A DNA stretch of 57,470 bases, taken from NCBI GenBank assembly GCA_964387565.1, contig CAYLYN010000005.1:1-57470 (forward strand). The letters are read 5' to 3'. Below the pieces are notes generated by a model, which worked only from the letters and a program-made list of their open reading frames with translations, was not told the origin of the DNA and searched no databases. A program made the position numbers and the translations under genes. This document shows, one piece after another, positions 38,405-47,875 of this stretch. Source of the stretch: an uncultured Rikenellaceae bacterium (GTDB lineage Bacteria; Bacteroidota; Bacteroidia; Bacteroidales; VadinHA17). How positions within the stretch are numbered: position 1 is the first letter of the stretch; every line of letters begins with the position of its first letter.

Positions 38405-39751
38405 ATGAAAAGACGGGATTTTATTACAAGGACTGCACTGGCAGGAAGTGCTTTAACACTCGGACTGTCATGCAAAAGAAAAATCGAATCTGATACCGGT
38501 GATAATAAAACATCAGCAGGTGCAGCTTCAGCTTCCGGAGGTAAGACTATTACAGAACCTGAAAGAAAAATACCGGTATTTGCCGAAACGGATGTCCTGA
38601 TCATCGGAGGTGGTCCTGCAGGAACGGCAGCAGCAATTGCCGCAAGCAGGGCAGGTGCTGAAACTTATCTCATTGAGCGGTATAACCATCTCGGTGGTTT
38701 ATGGACAGGAGGACTTGTACTGCCACTCCTATCGACCCATGCAGTGGACAAAAATAACCGGACCAGGCAGGTTATATTCGGTATAGGTGGAGAAATGTCG
38801 GACAGGCTTAAAAAGCTAGGCATGTCAGTGTTTGAAATAAATCCTGTTATCGATCCTGAAGCAGGGAAATATGTACTCGATGAAATGATCACGGAATCTG
38901 GAGTTAAAATGCTTTATCATACCTGGGCTTCAAATGTGATAATGGATGGAAACATTATTAAAGGTGTTATCCTGGAAAACAAATCAGGCAGGATGGCAAT
39001 TCTTTCAAAGGTTGTAATTGATTGCACTGGTGATGGTGACATTTTTCACCTTGCCGGCGATAATTATGATACCATGAATTATCATATAGGTCTTGTTCAC
39101 AGGCTTGGGAATATTGACCGGATCAGACCTGAACTGAGCCCCGGTATAAAACCCGATCTGGGGGGAAAAACTCCCTTACCCGGGGTAAACTGGGTAAATA
39201 TGCATGGTGATAACGATCAGAACGGAACGGATATAATTACACTCTCAAATCTGCAGATGAAATATCGCAGGGAGATATGGGAAAGTGTTCAGAAAATAAA
39301 AAGCACTCCTGGTTATGAAGAGGTATTTCTTCTTGATACAGCTTCACAGCTTGGTGTCCGTATGTCAAGAATACTTGATGGTGAATATCGCCTTACACTT
39401 GATGATTCAATGACCTACAAAAGCTTCAGGGATGTAATAGGCATCAGTGGAGCCTGGACAACAATGCTTTATAAAGGACGGGCAATAAAGCCTGAAAACA
39501 GGCCGCTGTGGCAGATACCCTACAGGTCGTTGCTCCCCAGGAAAACAGAGAATCTTCTTACAGCAGGACGCTGCTTCTGCTTCGAAAAAGAACTTGTTGA
39601 AGATACCAGGATAATCGGCACATGCCTTATTACCGGACATGGAGCCGGAGCTGCTGCTGCAGTTGCAGTCAGGGATAATGAGCTTGTCCGGAATATTGAT
39701 ACCGGGAAATTAAAGAGTCTGCTGATCAATCAGGGCGCCTTGCTGGGATGA
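38405..39751 (+). CDS. Tat-signal FAD-dependent oxidoreductase, probably exported and possibly a lipoprotein
   Basis: Has the twin-arginine motif MKRRDFITRTALAGSALTLGLSC and the dinucleotide fold DVLIIGGGPAGTAAAIAASRAG..LIER. CTGDGD is also present. Confidence 0.75.
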   Translation: MKRRDFITRTALAGSALTLGLSCKRKIESDTGDNKTSAGAASASGGKTITEPERKIPVFAETDVLIIGGGPAGTAAAIAASRAGAETYLIERYNHLGGLWTGGLVLPLLSTHAVDKNNRTRQVIFGIGGEMSDRLKKLGMSVFEINPVIDPEAGKYVLDEMITESGVKMLYHTWASNVIMDGNIIKGVILENKSGRMAILSKVVIDCTGDGDIFHLAGDNYDTMNYHIGLVHRLGNIDRIRPELSPGIKPDLGGKTPLPGVNWVNMHGDNDQNGTDIITLSNLQMKYRREIWESVQKIKSTPGYEEVFLLDTASQLGVRMSRILDGEYRLTLDDSMTYKSFRDVIGISGAWTTMLYKGRAIKPENRPLWQIPYRSLLPRKTENLLTAGRCFCFEKELVEDTRIIGTCLITGHGAGAAAAVAVRDNELVRNIDTGKLKSLLINQGALLG

Positions 39752-40920
39752 CAAAACCGCCAAAACCTGAACAAATACGCATTGCATCTTCATTTGCGGC
39801 ACTCCTTCTCGCCCTGCCAGTTGGATTAAAAGGAGTGACCGGCCTTTTTATATGGACAAGTCCGTTCATAATGCTTAATTCTGTAATAATACTTAAGTCT
39901 TTTGTACTTCTGAATATCCTGGGATTAACGGTTCTGGTAGTGACAATTTTCAAAAGCAGGTTTTTCTGCCGTTACATGTGTCCCACAGGTTTATGCTGTG
40001 ATAAAATATCTGGTATAAGCAGGATTAAACCGGGTAAATTAAAAAATATGCCTCCGGCAGGAAGCTGGCTGGCAATAATTTCTCTGGCGGCTGCCTTTAC
40101 AGGTATTCCGCTTTTTATTATGTTAGATCCTTTGTCAATATTTCATAGCTTTTTTTCGTTATTTACTGCTGATATCTCATTCGTAACTGTTCTTTCCTTC
40201 TCAGGATTTCCTGTCTTGCTTGCTCTTAACTGGTTCGTTCCTGATTTCTGGTGTACCAGGATTTGTCCGCTTGGAGGTTTACAGGATATTATTACTGATA
40301 TCCGCAAAAGGATCAACAGGTTAATCAGCCGGACTGCGCATAAAAACAATTCATACTCTCCGGCACGTAGATATTTTCTGGCTTCAGGTGTCGGACTGGT
40401 TACGGGTTTCAGTATCTCAAAACTTATCAGACCGGAACCGGCAGACTATTTCCGTCCCCCCGGTTCTGTAGAACCAGGTGTTTTCAACACCCTTTGTATT
40501 AGGTGCGGGAACTGCATAAAGTCATGTCCGACAAAAATAATTTCGAAACATTCCGATTTGGGCGATCTTGTCTCATGGATGACACCTGAAGTAAAATTCG
40601 TTGATGGATACTGTCTTGAAACATGCAATATCTGCAGTACTGTTTGTCCTACCGGAAGCATAACCCTTTTCAGTCCCGGGGCTAAAAAAAGTATATTTAT
40701 GGGCTCTGCTGAGCTTATTTTTGACAAATGTCTCCTGTCAGAGAACAGGGAATGTGACCGCTGCCGGGCAGCATGCAGATACGATGCAGTAAAAATTGAA
40801 CCCTCTGAAAGACCATTGATAATGACTCCTGTAATTGACAGGACAAAATGCGTCGGATGTGGGGCATGTTCGGTTATCTGCCCCACAGATGCTATTAATA
40901 TGATACCTCCCGGCAACTGA
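39748..40920 (+). CDS. NapH/MauN-like integral-membrane polyferredoxin with multiple 4Fe-4S motifs
   Basis: Membrane-embedded CxxxCP motifs are FFCRYMCPTG and FWCTRICPLGG. Soluble ferredoxin motifs are CIRCGNCIKSCP, CNICSTVCP, CDRCRAAC and CVGCGACSVICP. It overlaps the flavoprotein gene by 4 nt. Confidence 0.75.
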   Translation: MTKPPKPEQIRIASSFAALLLALPVGLKGVTGLFIWTSPFIMLNSVIILKSFVLLNILGLTVLVVTIFKSRFFCRYMCPTGLCCDKISGISRIKPGKLKNMPPAGSWLAIISLAAAFTGIPLFIMLDPLSIFHSFFSLFTADISFVTVLSFSGFPVLLALNWFVPDFWCTRICPLGGLQDIITDIRKRINRLISRTAHKNNSYSPARRYFLASGVGLVTGFSISKLIRPEPADYFRPPGSVEPGVFNTLCIRCGNCIKSCPTKIISKHSDLGDLVSWMTPEVKFVDGYCLETCNICSTVCPTGSITLFSPGAKKSIFMGSAELIFDKCLLSENRECDRCRAACRYDAVKIEPSERPLIMTPVIDRTKCVGCGACSVICPTDAINMIPPGN

Positions 40921-40942
40921 GAATCTTTTAATACCATTTTTC

Positions 40943-40950
40943 TATCTTTG
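40943..40950 (+). promoter_or_regulatory. Candidate Bacteroides-type -7 promoter box for lysS
   Basis: tatctttg matches TAnnTTTG. It ends 7 nt before the TTG at 40958 and 19 nt before the ATG at 40970, so it favours the ATG as the start. Confidence 0.35.
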
Positions 40951-40969
40951 CAAAAATTTGAAAACAACC

Positions 40970-42697
40970 ATGAGCAACATGCATTTAAGTGAACAGGAGC
41001 AGATAAGAAGAAATTCCCTCACTGAACTCCGTAAACTCGGTATTGATCCTTATCCGGCTGCTGAATATAAGACAACAGTTTTTGCACAACAGGTGCTGGA
41101 TGAATATGACCCGGTACTCAATAATTTCCAGGAGGTAAGTTTAGCAGGCCGTATAATGAGCCGACGCATCATGGGATCTGCATCTTTTGCAGAAATAATG
41201 GATTCTTCCGGTAGAATACAAATATATGTACGTCGGGATGATATATGTCCTGGCGAAGATAAAGGCCTGTATAACAACGTATTCAAGCATCATCTCGATA
41301 TTGGCGATATAATTGGTGTAAAAGGGCATGTTTTCAAGACCCAGATGGGTGAAATAACAGTTCATGTAGATGAATTTACAATTCTTTGCAAATCGGTACG
41401 TCCATTGCCAGTGGTTAAGGAAAAGGATGGCGTTTATTTCGATACCGTCACCGATCCTGAGATGAGGTACAGGCAGAGATATGTAGACCTTATTGTAAAT
41501 CCAGGAGTCCGGAATGTTTTCAGAAAAAGAACACGGATAATACAGTCAATGCGCGATCTTTTCAACGCACATGGCTATCTTGAAGTTGAGACCCCTATAC
41601 TCCAGCCAATTCCCGGAGGAGCAGCTGCAAGACCATTTATTACACATCACAACACCCTCGATATACCCCTGTACCTCAGAATAGCCAATGAACTTTACCT
41701 CAAAAGGCTCATTGTTGGAGGGTTTGAGGGAGTATATGAATTTGCCAAGGACTTCCGCAATGAAGGGATGGACAGGACACATAATCCCGAGTTTACTGTT
41801 ATGGAGATCTATATAGCATACAAGGATTATAACTGGATGATGAGCTTTACAGAGGAGATAATCAGGAAAGCGGTGATGGATCTTCATGGTACTACTGAAA
41901 TTGCATATGGAGATAAGAGGATTAACCTTAATCCGCCATACAGGAGAATCAGCATGACAGATGCTATAAAGGAACACACAGGGATTGATATTACCGGCAT
42001 GGATGAAGAGCAGTTGCGTAAGGCCTGTGATAAACTGGGAGTCCCAAATTCACCAGAGATGGGTAAAGGAAAACTTATCGACCAGCTCTTCGGTGAAAAA
42101 TGCGAGCACCATTATATACAGCCAACATTTATTATTGACTATCCTGTTGAAACCTCTCCCCTGACAAAAATGCACAGGAGCAAACCCGGTGTCACGGAAC
42201 GTTTTGAACTTATGATAAACGGTAAGGAAATTGCAAATGCCTACTCTGAGCTTAATGATCCGATCGATCAGATGGAAAGGTTCCAGGATCAGCTCTCTCT
42301 TTCAGAAAAAGGAGATGATGAAGCCATGTTTATCGATCTTGATTTTGTCAGGGCTCTTGAATATGGGATGCCTCCTACTTCAGGAATGGGAATTGGCATT
42401 GACAGGCTAACGATGCTCCTTACGAACCAGCCATCAATCCAGGATGTTCTCCTTTTCCCGCAGATGAAGCCTGAGAAAAAATCTGCCTCTTCAGATCCGG
42501 AGGAAAAATATATATCAAAAGGCATTCCTCACGAATGGATCGATCCCTTAAAAAAGCTGGGATTTACAACAGTTGAAAAACTCCTTGAGGTGGAAAAACA
42601 TACAAAACTACATCAGGATCTTTGCGGATTTAATAAGAAAAACAAGCTGGGGCTGCAGAATCCTTCACAGGATGAAGTAAAAGAATGGATAAGCTGA
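40970..42697 (+). CDS. lysS: Lysine-tRNA ligase (class II) with a ~75-aa C-terminal extension
   Basis: Has an OB-fold N-domain. Motif 2 is FRNEGMDRTHNPEFT and motif 3 is GMGIGIDRLTM. The C-terminal tail is KGIPHEWIDPLKKLGFTTVEKLLEV... Confidence 0.9.
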   Translation: MSNMHLSEQEQIRRNSLTELRKLGIDPYPAAEYKTTVFAQQVLDEYDPVLNNFQEVSLAGRIMSRRIMGSASFAEIMDSSGRIQIYVRRDDICPGEDKGLYNNVFKHHLDIGDIIGVKGHVFKTQMGEITVHVDEFTILCKSVRPLPVVKEKDGVYFDTVTDPEMRYRQRYVDLIVNPGVRNVFRKRTRIIQSMRDLFNAHGYLEVETPILQPIPGGAAARPFITHHNTLDIPLYLRIANELYLKRLIVGGFEGVYEFAKDFRNEGMDRTHNPEFTVMEIYIAYKDYNWMMSFTEEIIRKAVMDLHGTTEIAYGDKRINLNPPYRRISMTDAIKEHTGIDITGMDEEQLRKACDKLGVPNSPEMGKGKLIDQLFGEKCEHHYIQPTFIIDYPVETSPLTKMHRSKPGVTERFELMINGKEIANAYSELNDPIDQMERFQDQLSLSEKGDDEAMFIDLDFVRALEYGMPPTSGMGIGIDRLTMLLTNQPSIQDVLLFPQMKPEKKSASSDPEEKYISKGIPHEWIDPLKKLGFTTVEKLLEVEKHTKLHQDLCGFNKKNKLGLQNPSQDEVKEWIS

Positions 42698-42724
42698 TTA
42701 AACTTATTGTTAAATATTAGATCC

Positions 42725-43345
42725 ATGCTTAAATTACTCAAACATCCGCTTCTTACACATAAGCTTGCAATATTAAGGAAAAAAGATACTGCCACAAGGG
42801 AGTTTCGTGAAACCCTGAAAGAGATTTCAGGACTTATGGCTTATGAAATAACACGCGATCTGCCTGTCAGGGAGATAACTGTTGAAACTCCACTTGGTCA
42901 TTGTAATACCGAGGAACTGGCAATTGATGTAGTTCTTGTGCCGGTATTAAGAGCCGGACTGGGAATGGTTGAAGGAATATCTGATCTGATCCCCAGTGCC
43001 CGTATTGGTCATATTGGCATTTATCGTGATCATGTTACTCTAAAACCAATGACATATTATTCCAAGTTTCCTCAGAATCTTTCGGAATCTATTGTAATGG
43101 TTCTCGATCCGATGCTGGCAACAGGAGGCAGTTCTTCTGATGCAATCAGGGTTCTGAAAGATAATGGAGCAAAAAGTATTAAGCTTGTATGCATTGTAGG
43201 AGCTCCGGAGGGTATAGAAAGAATAAGCAGAGATCATCCCGATGTGCAGATCTTTCTGGCCGGAATGGATGAGAAACTGAATCAGAACGGATATATTGTA
43301 CCTGGCCTCGGCGATGCTGGCGACAGGCTTTTTGGTACAAAATAA
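42725..43345 (+). CDS. upp: Uracil phosphoribosyltransferase
   Basis: Has the PRPP loop VMVLDPMLATGGS and the C-terminal YIVPGLGDAGDRLFGTK. I chose the ATG at 42725 over the TTG at 42707. Confidence 0.9.
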   Translation: MLKLLKHPLLTHKLAILRKKDTATREFRETLKEISGLMAYEITRDLPVREITVETPLGHCNTEELAIDVVLVPVLRAGLGMVEGISDLIPSARIGHIGIYRDHVTLKPMTYYSKFPQNLSESIVMVLDPMLATGGSSSDAIRVLKDNGAKSIKLVCIVGAPEGIERISRDHPDVQIFLAGMDEKLNQNGYIVPGLGDAGDRLFGTK

Positions 43346-43386
43346 GATCGTATGAACAATCCTTCAGCAGAAAGATTTCCCTCTGA

Positions 43387-43490
43387 GCCGCTGTGCCGTT
43401 GCGCCGTTGTGCCATTGTGTCGTTGCGCCGTTGTGCCGTTGTGCCATTGCGCCATTGTGCCGTTGTGCCATTGTGCCGTTGTGCCACTAC
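43387..43490. repeat. Tandem array of 13 units of 8 bp with consensus GCCRTTGT (GCCGTTGT/GCCATTGT)
   Basis: Read directly: gccgctgt gccgttgc gccgttgt gccattgt gtcgttgc gccgttgt gccgttgt gccattgc gccattgt gccgttgt gccattgt gccgttgt gccactac. The array is preceded by ctctgag. Confidence 0.9.
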
Positions 43491-43538
43491 ATCTTCTGAA
43501 TAATTAAACATATACTCCGGCAAAATTGTTATTTAATA

Positions 43539-44474
43539 ATGGCTGTGGAAAATGTCATCGAAGTAAAAAACGTCTGGAAATCATTCAAGACTGTTCAGGC
43601 AGTAAGAGGTATCAACCTGAATATTGAAAGAGGTCAGTTTGTTGCTCTCCTTGGGCCCAACGGAGCCGGTAAAACCACTCTCGTTGAGATGATAGAAGGG
43701 ATCCAGAAGCCTGACAGTGGTGAAATAACAATATTGGGTAAAAAATGGAAAGGCAACGAGGATGAACTGCACCAGATTATAGGACTTTCGCTGCAGGAAA
43801 CAAGATTTATTGATAAGTTAAGAGTTACTGAAACCTTAAAGCTATTTGCCGGTTTATTCAGCCTGCCTAAACAAAAGGTTGATAAGATTATCGAAATAGT
43901 AGGCCTGGAAGATAAAAGAAAATCATATGTTGTAAATCTGTCAGGAGGTCAGAGGCAACGCCTTGCGATTGGTATTGCATTGCTTAATGATCCGCGGATT
44001 CTATTACTTGATGAACCTACAACAGGACTTGATCCCAATGCACGGCGCGAAATATGGGAAATACTGCAATCCCTCAGGAAAAAGTCTGAAACATCAATGA
44101 TCCTGACCACTCATTATATGGAGGAAGCTGAGTCGCTTTGCGATTATATTGTCATCATGGATAATGGCTCAATACTTAAAGAAGGAACTCTCAGTCAGTT
44201 GCTTGAGGATGATTCAGCCGAAAAGATTGTGGAATTCTCTGCTGAGAAAGCTTTCAATATCAATGAAATAACAGCCGAAGGATTGCCATTTAAAGTATAT
44301 GCCGGAGATTCTGATGACAAGGGATTCATCACTCTCAGGAACTTTGAATCAGATTTGCCTGTTTTCATGTCATATATGAAGTCGCACAACATTTCCTTAA
44401 GGCACATGGAATGCCGCAGAAAGACACTTGATGACCTGTTTGTTTCATTAACCGGGAGGAAAATAAATGAATAG
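43539..44474 (+). CDS. ABC transporter ATP-binding protein (ABC-2/DrrA-like exporter type)
   Basis: Walker A is GPNGAGKTT, the signature is LSGGQRQRL and Walker B is ILLLDEPTTGLD. Confidence 0.88.
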   Translation: MAVENVIEVKNVWKSFKTVQAVRGINLNIERGQFVALLGPNGAGKTTLVEMIEGIQKPDSGEITILGKKWKGNEDELHQIIGLSLQETRFIDKLRVTETLKLFAGLFSLPKQKVDKIIEIVGLEDKRKSYVVNLSGGQRQRLAIGIALLNDPRILLLDEPTTGLDPNARREIWEILQSLRKKSETSMILTTHYMEEAESLCDYIVIMDNGSILKEGTLSQLLEDDSAEKIVEFSAEKAFNINEITAEGLPFKVYAGDSDDKGFITLRNFESDLPVFMSYMKSHNISLRHMECRRKTLDDLFVSLTGRKINE

Positions 44475-45609
44475 GTGGTTCAGTTTTCAGCAACTAAGGC
44501 AGCTATTCATGGCTTTACTCAGGGAAATAATCAGGGAACCCGGAGTTCTTTTCTGGGGTATACTATTCCCGATACTTATGGCTCTCGGACTGGGTATTGC
44601 TTTTTCGAAGAAGGCTGATGTAACAAGGAAGGTTGCAATTATAAAAAATGAGGGTCAGCCTGCCAGCCAGAAGGGTGATTCTCTCCTGAATGCATTCCTG
44701 GAAAACAGTTGCGTCAAAAAGAGTTCTGATGAAAAAGGGGAATGGAAGTGGCAGTATACAATTGCTGATGAAAAACTTGGCAACTCAATATTCCTATTTT
44801 ACGAAATGGAATGGGATGAAGCAATGGTACTTCTTAAAAGAGGAACCATTAATGTAATGATTACAGCCATGGAAGAAAAGGCTGAATATCATTTTGATCC
44901 CATGAATTCTGATGCAGAAATCACTTTTCTTAAACTCAGCAGTATTATAGGAAAAGGGGAGATTGTCAGCGCCCTGAGTAACTCAGTAATCAGACCGCTC
45001 ACTGTTACAGGTACCAGGTATATCGATTTCCTGGTTCCCGGACTTATGTCACTCGGTGTAATGATGTCATGCATGTGGGGAATAAGTTATGGTATTATTG
45101 AGAAAAGATCAAAAAAACTTCTGCGAAGGATGGTTGCCACCCCTATGAAAAAATCACATTTTCTTATCGCGCTTATATCTGTAAGACTGACAATGAATTT
45201 CTTTGAATCACTGGTACTGTTCATTTTTGCATTGCTCGCCTTCAAAATGACAATTCAGGGTGACATCACTGCTCTGATACTTATATTCATTGCCGGTAAT
45301 ATTGCATTCTCAGGGCTGGCGGTTTTTGTTTCATCACATACTTCCAATACTGAAGTCGGAAACGGACTGATAAACTTCGTGGTTACGCCAATGATGGTTT
45401 TGTCAGGGATTTTTTTCAGCTACCAGAATTTCCCTGAGTGGAGCCTCCCTGTTATAAAAAACCTGCCACTCACTATGCTTGCAGATGGCATGAGAAGCAT
45501 TTTTAATGAAGGTGCAGGATATAGCGAGGTAGCACTTCCTGTAACTATTCTTACATTTACCGGGATCGGCTTTTTCATAGCAGGTCTGAAAATCTTTAAA
45601 TGGCATTAG
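44467..45609 (+). CDS. ABC-2 type transporter permease
   Basis: It overlaps the ATPase gene by 8 nt. An N-terminal TM helix and a large loop are followed by five C-terminal TM helices, which is typical ABC-2 topology. Confidence 0.8.
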   Translation: MNRWFSFQQLRQLFMALLREIIREPGVLFWGILFPILMALGLGIAFSKKADVTRKVAIIKNEGQPASQKGDSLLNAFLENSCVKKSSDEKGEWKWQYTIADEKLGNSIFLFYEMEWDEAMVLLKRGTINVMITAMEEKAEYHFDPMNSDAEITFLKLSSIIGKGEIVSALSNSVIRPLTVTGTRYIDFLVPGLMSLGVMMSCMWGISYGIIEKRSKKLLRRMVATPMKKSHFLIALISVRLTMNFFESLVLFIFALLAFKMTIQGDITALILIFIAGNIAFSGLAVFVSSHTSNTEVGNGLINFVVTPMMVLSGIFFSYQNFPEWSLPVIKNLPLTMLADGMRSIFNEGAGYSEVALPVTILTFTGIGFFIAGLKIFKWH

Positions 45610-45624
45610 CATAATATTTTCTTC

Positions 45625-45646
45625 GAAATGCAGCATTTCTGTTTTT
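45625..45646 (+). terminator. Candidate intrinsic terminator after the ABC-2 operon
   Basis: The stem is gaaatg/catttc with loop cag, followed by tgttttt. Confidence 0.45.
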
Positions 45647-45688
45647 ATTAAGTCTTTTAAAAAAATTAAGGATCAAAAAAACAGAAAG

Positions 45689-46408
45689 ATGAACAGAATA
45701 AGATTAATAACAGCTTCATTTTTAATTCTTGCAATGGCTGTTGCATGCCAGGCCCAGACCAGAAAAACTGTAACCGGGAACAAAAATGTAGTTACAAAAG
45801 AGAGGGAGGCTGGTTCCTTTTCAGGTATTAAGGTAAGTACAGGTATTGATGTATATCTGAAACAGGGAAATCAGCAATCGCTCAAAGTTGAAGCTGATGA
45901 AAATCTTCACGAGTATATAATGACGGAGATAAGTGGTGATGTTTTGCATATCTATACAGATGCAAACATCAGATCCGCCAGCACCAGAAAGGTATACATA
46001 ACAATGAAGGAGATAAAATCTGTAAAAGCTACAAGTGCAGGTGATGTTATAGGTGAATCGCCTGTAAAAACAGACGAAATCGAAATTAGTGCAAGCAGTG
46101 CAGGTGACATCAAACTGGAAATCTATGCAGATAATATTGGTGTAAACGTCAGTAGCTCAGGTGATGTAACACTTTCAGGTGAAGCCGGTAATCTTGAAGC
46201 CGATCTCAGCAGTGCAGGAAATTTGAATGCATTTAATCTTAAAGTGAAAGAAGCTGAAGTATCAGTATCAAGTGCCGGAGATGCCGATGTAAATGTTACT
46301 GAAAGACTCAAAGCCAGGGCATCAAGTGCCGGTGATGTACGTTATACGGGTAATCCCTCACATGTTGATGCTCACTCTTCAAGCGCAGGAAGCATACACA
46401 AAAGATAG
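45689..46408 (+). CDS. DUF2807 / head-GIN-domain (putative adhesin-like beta-helix) lipoprotein
   Basis: The signal is LILAMAVACQAQ. S(S/A)AGD(V/I) beta-helix rungs recur about every 20 aa. Confidence 0.75.
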   Translation: MNRIRLITASFLILAMAVACQAQTRKTVTGNKNVVTKEREAGSFSGIKVSTGIDVYLKQGNQQSLKVEADENLHEYIMTEISGDVLHIYTDANIRSASTRKVYITMKEIKSVKATSAGDVIGESPVKTDEIEISASSAGDIKLEIYADNIGVNVSSSGDVTLSGEAGNLEADLSSAGNLNAFNLKVKEAEVSVSSAGDADVNVTERLKARASSAGDVRYTGNPSHVDAHSSSAGSIHKR

Positions 46409-46438
46409 TTACAATTCAATATATATTCCCTCATTATT

Positions 46439-46476
46439 ATAAGCCGCTGGATAAACTCCAACGGCTTATTTTTTTA
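46439..46476 (+). terminator. Intrinsic terminator
   Basis: An 8-bp stem ataagccg/cggcttat with a 15-nt loop is followed by a run of T residues. Confidence 0.6.
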
Positions 46477-46482
46477 ACTTTG
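46475..46482 (+). promoter_or_regulatory. Candidate Bacteroides-type -7 promoter box for pgi
   Basis: taactttg matches TAnnTTTG and lies 50 nt upstream of the pgi ATG. Confidence 0.35.
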
Positions 46483-46531
46483 CCTGATAAGATATTTTCA
46501 ATTGTAATAACTAAAATAACTGTCAGGTGAA

Positions 46532-47875
46532 ATGAAAGCAAAGCTAAATGTTAATCTGAAAAATGCAGGAGCATTTGTCCCATATGAAGAGGTTGTGGCG
46601 CTTGCGCAGCAATCAGTCAGGCATCTTGATGCTCTTAATAAAGGTACAGGCGCCGGCAGTGATTTTCTTGGATGGCTTACACTGCCCGATGACATACAGA
46701 AACAAATCGAAAAGATTGAAAAAACAGCCCGGCATCTGAGATCAGTCTCCGATACAACAGTTGTAATTGGTATCGGAGGATCCTACCTTGGCGCAAGGGC
46801 AGTTATGGAAGCATTATCGCACTCATTTGCACCATATCTTAAGAACAAACCTCATCATGATGTTATATTTGCCGGACAAAATATCTGTGAAGACTATCTG
46901 GCTGAGTTAATAGAAATTCTTGATGAAAGGAATTATTCCATAATAGTAATTTCAAAATCCGGAACCACAACAGAACCGGCCATTGCATTCAGAATACTCA
47001 AAGATCATCTTGAAAAGAAAGTTGGGAAGCAGGCTTCTGCAGGCAGGATAATAGCAATAACTGATGAAAAAAGAGGAGCCCTCAGATCACTTGCAGATAC
47101 AAACGGATACGAAACATTCATTATACCTGATAATGTCGGAGGGAGGTATTCGGTTCTTTCTCCTGTCGGATTACTTCCGATTGCCGTATACGGCCTTGAT
47201 ATAAAGACACTTGTCTCAGGTGCAAAAGAGATGGAAAAGATCACAAGGAACAATAAAGAGGTCACCTCAAACCCTGCTCTTCTCTATGCTGCAGCAAGAA
47301 ATCTTCTTTTGCAGGGGGGCAGATCCATTGAGATCATGGTTGGCTTCACTCCAAAGTTGCATTTCATGTCAGAGTGGTGGAAACAGCTTTACGGGGAAAG
47401 CGAAGGAAAAGACGGAAAGGGTATATACCCGGCTTCAGTTGATATGACTACCGACCTCCATTCCCTGGGACAGTATATACAGGACGGACAAAGGATACTG
47501 TTCGAAACCATAGTCTCAGTCTCCAGCCCGGTAAAAAATATTACTGTACCTCTGGAGAAAGATGATTCAGATCAGCTGAATTTCCTCGCTGGTAAAAGAC
47601 TGTCGGAGATCAACAGGAATGCAGAAGCAGGGACAATAATTGCTCACAACGACGGGAATGTGCCTGTAATCAAAATTGAAATACCGGTGCTGGATGAATA
47701 TTATACCGGACAGCTGATATATTTCTTCGAAATTGCCTGCGGAATAAGCGGATATATACTCGATGTAAATCCGTTCGATCAGCCGGGAGTTGAAGCTTAC
47801 AAGAAAAATATGTTCGCCCTTCTCAATAAACCGGGTTACGAAGAAGCCGGTAAGAAACTGAGGGAAAGGCTATAA
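46532..47875 (+). CDS. pgi: Glucose-6-phosphate isomerase (short ~450-aa type)
   Basis: Contains VVIGIGGSYLGARA, SKSGTTTEP, DNVGGRYSVLS and GESEGKDG. Confidence 0.9.
   Translation: MKAKLNVNLKNAGAFVPYEEVVALAQQSVRHLDALNKGTGAGSDFLGWLTLPDDIQKQIEKIEKTARHLRSVSDTTVVIGIGGSYLGARAVMEALSHSFAPYLKNKPHHDVIFAGQNICEDYLAELIEILDERNYSIIVISKSGTTTEPAIAFRILKDHLEKKVGKQASAGRIIAITDEKRGALRSLADTNGYETFIIPDNVGGRYSVLSPVGLLPIAVYGLDIKTLVSGAKEMEKITRNNKEVTSNPALLYAAARNLLLQGGRSIEIMVGFTPKLHFMSEWWKQLYGESEGKDGKGIYPASVDMTTDLHSLGQYIQDGQRILFETIVSVSSPVKNITVPLEKDDSDQLNFLAGKRLSEINRNAEAGTIIAHNDGNVPVIKIEIPVLDEYYTGQLIYFFEIACGISGYILDVNPFDQPGVEAYKKNMFALLNKPGYEEAGKKLRERL

Noticed and set aside
40446-40967. Minus-strand 173-aa ORF
   Set aside because: It is antisense to the Cys-motif-rich polyferredoxin gene and has no independent support.
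43387-43490. Possible CRISPR array
   Set aside because: The units are only 8 bp and directly abutting, with no spacers, and there are no cas genes in the window. It is a microsatellite-type tandem repeat.
43179-43523. Minus-strand 114-aa ORF containing NGTTAQRR-like repeats
   Set aside because: It is a translation artefact of the 8-bp tandem array. It also overlaps the 3' end of upp in antisense.
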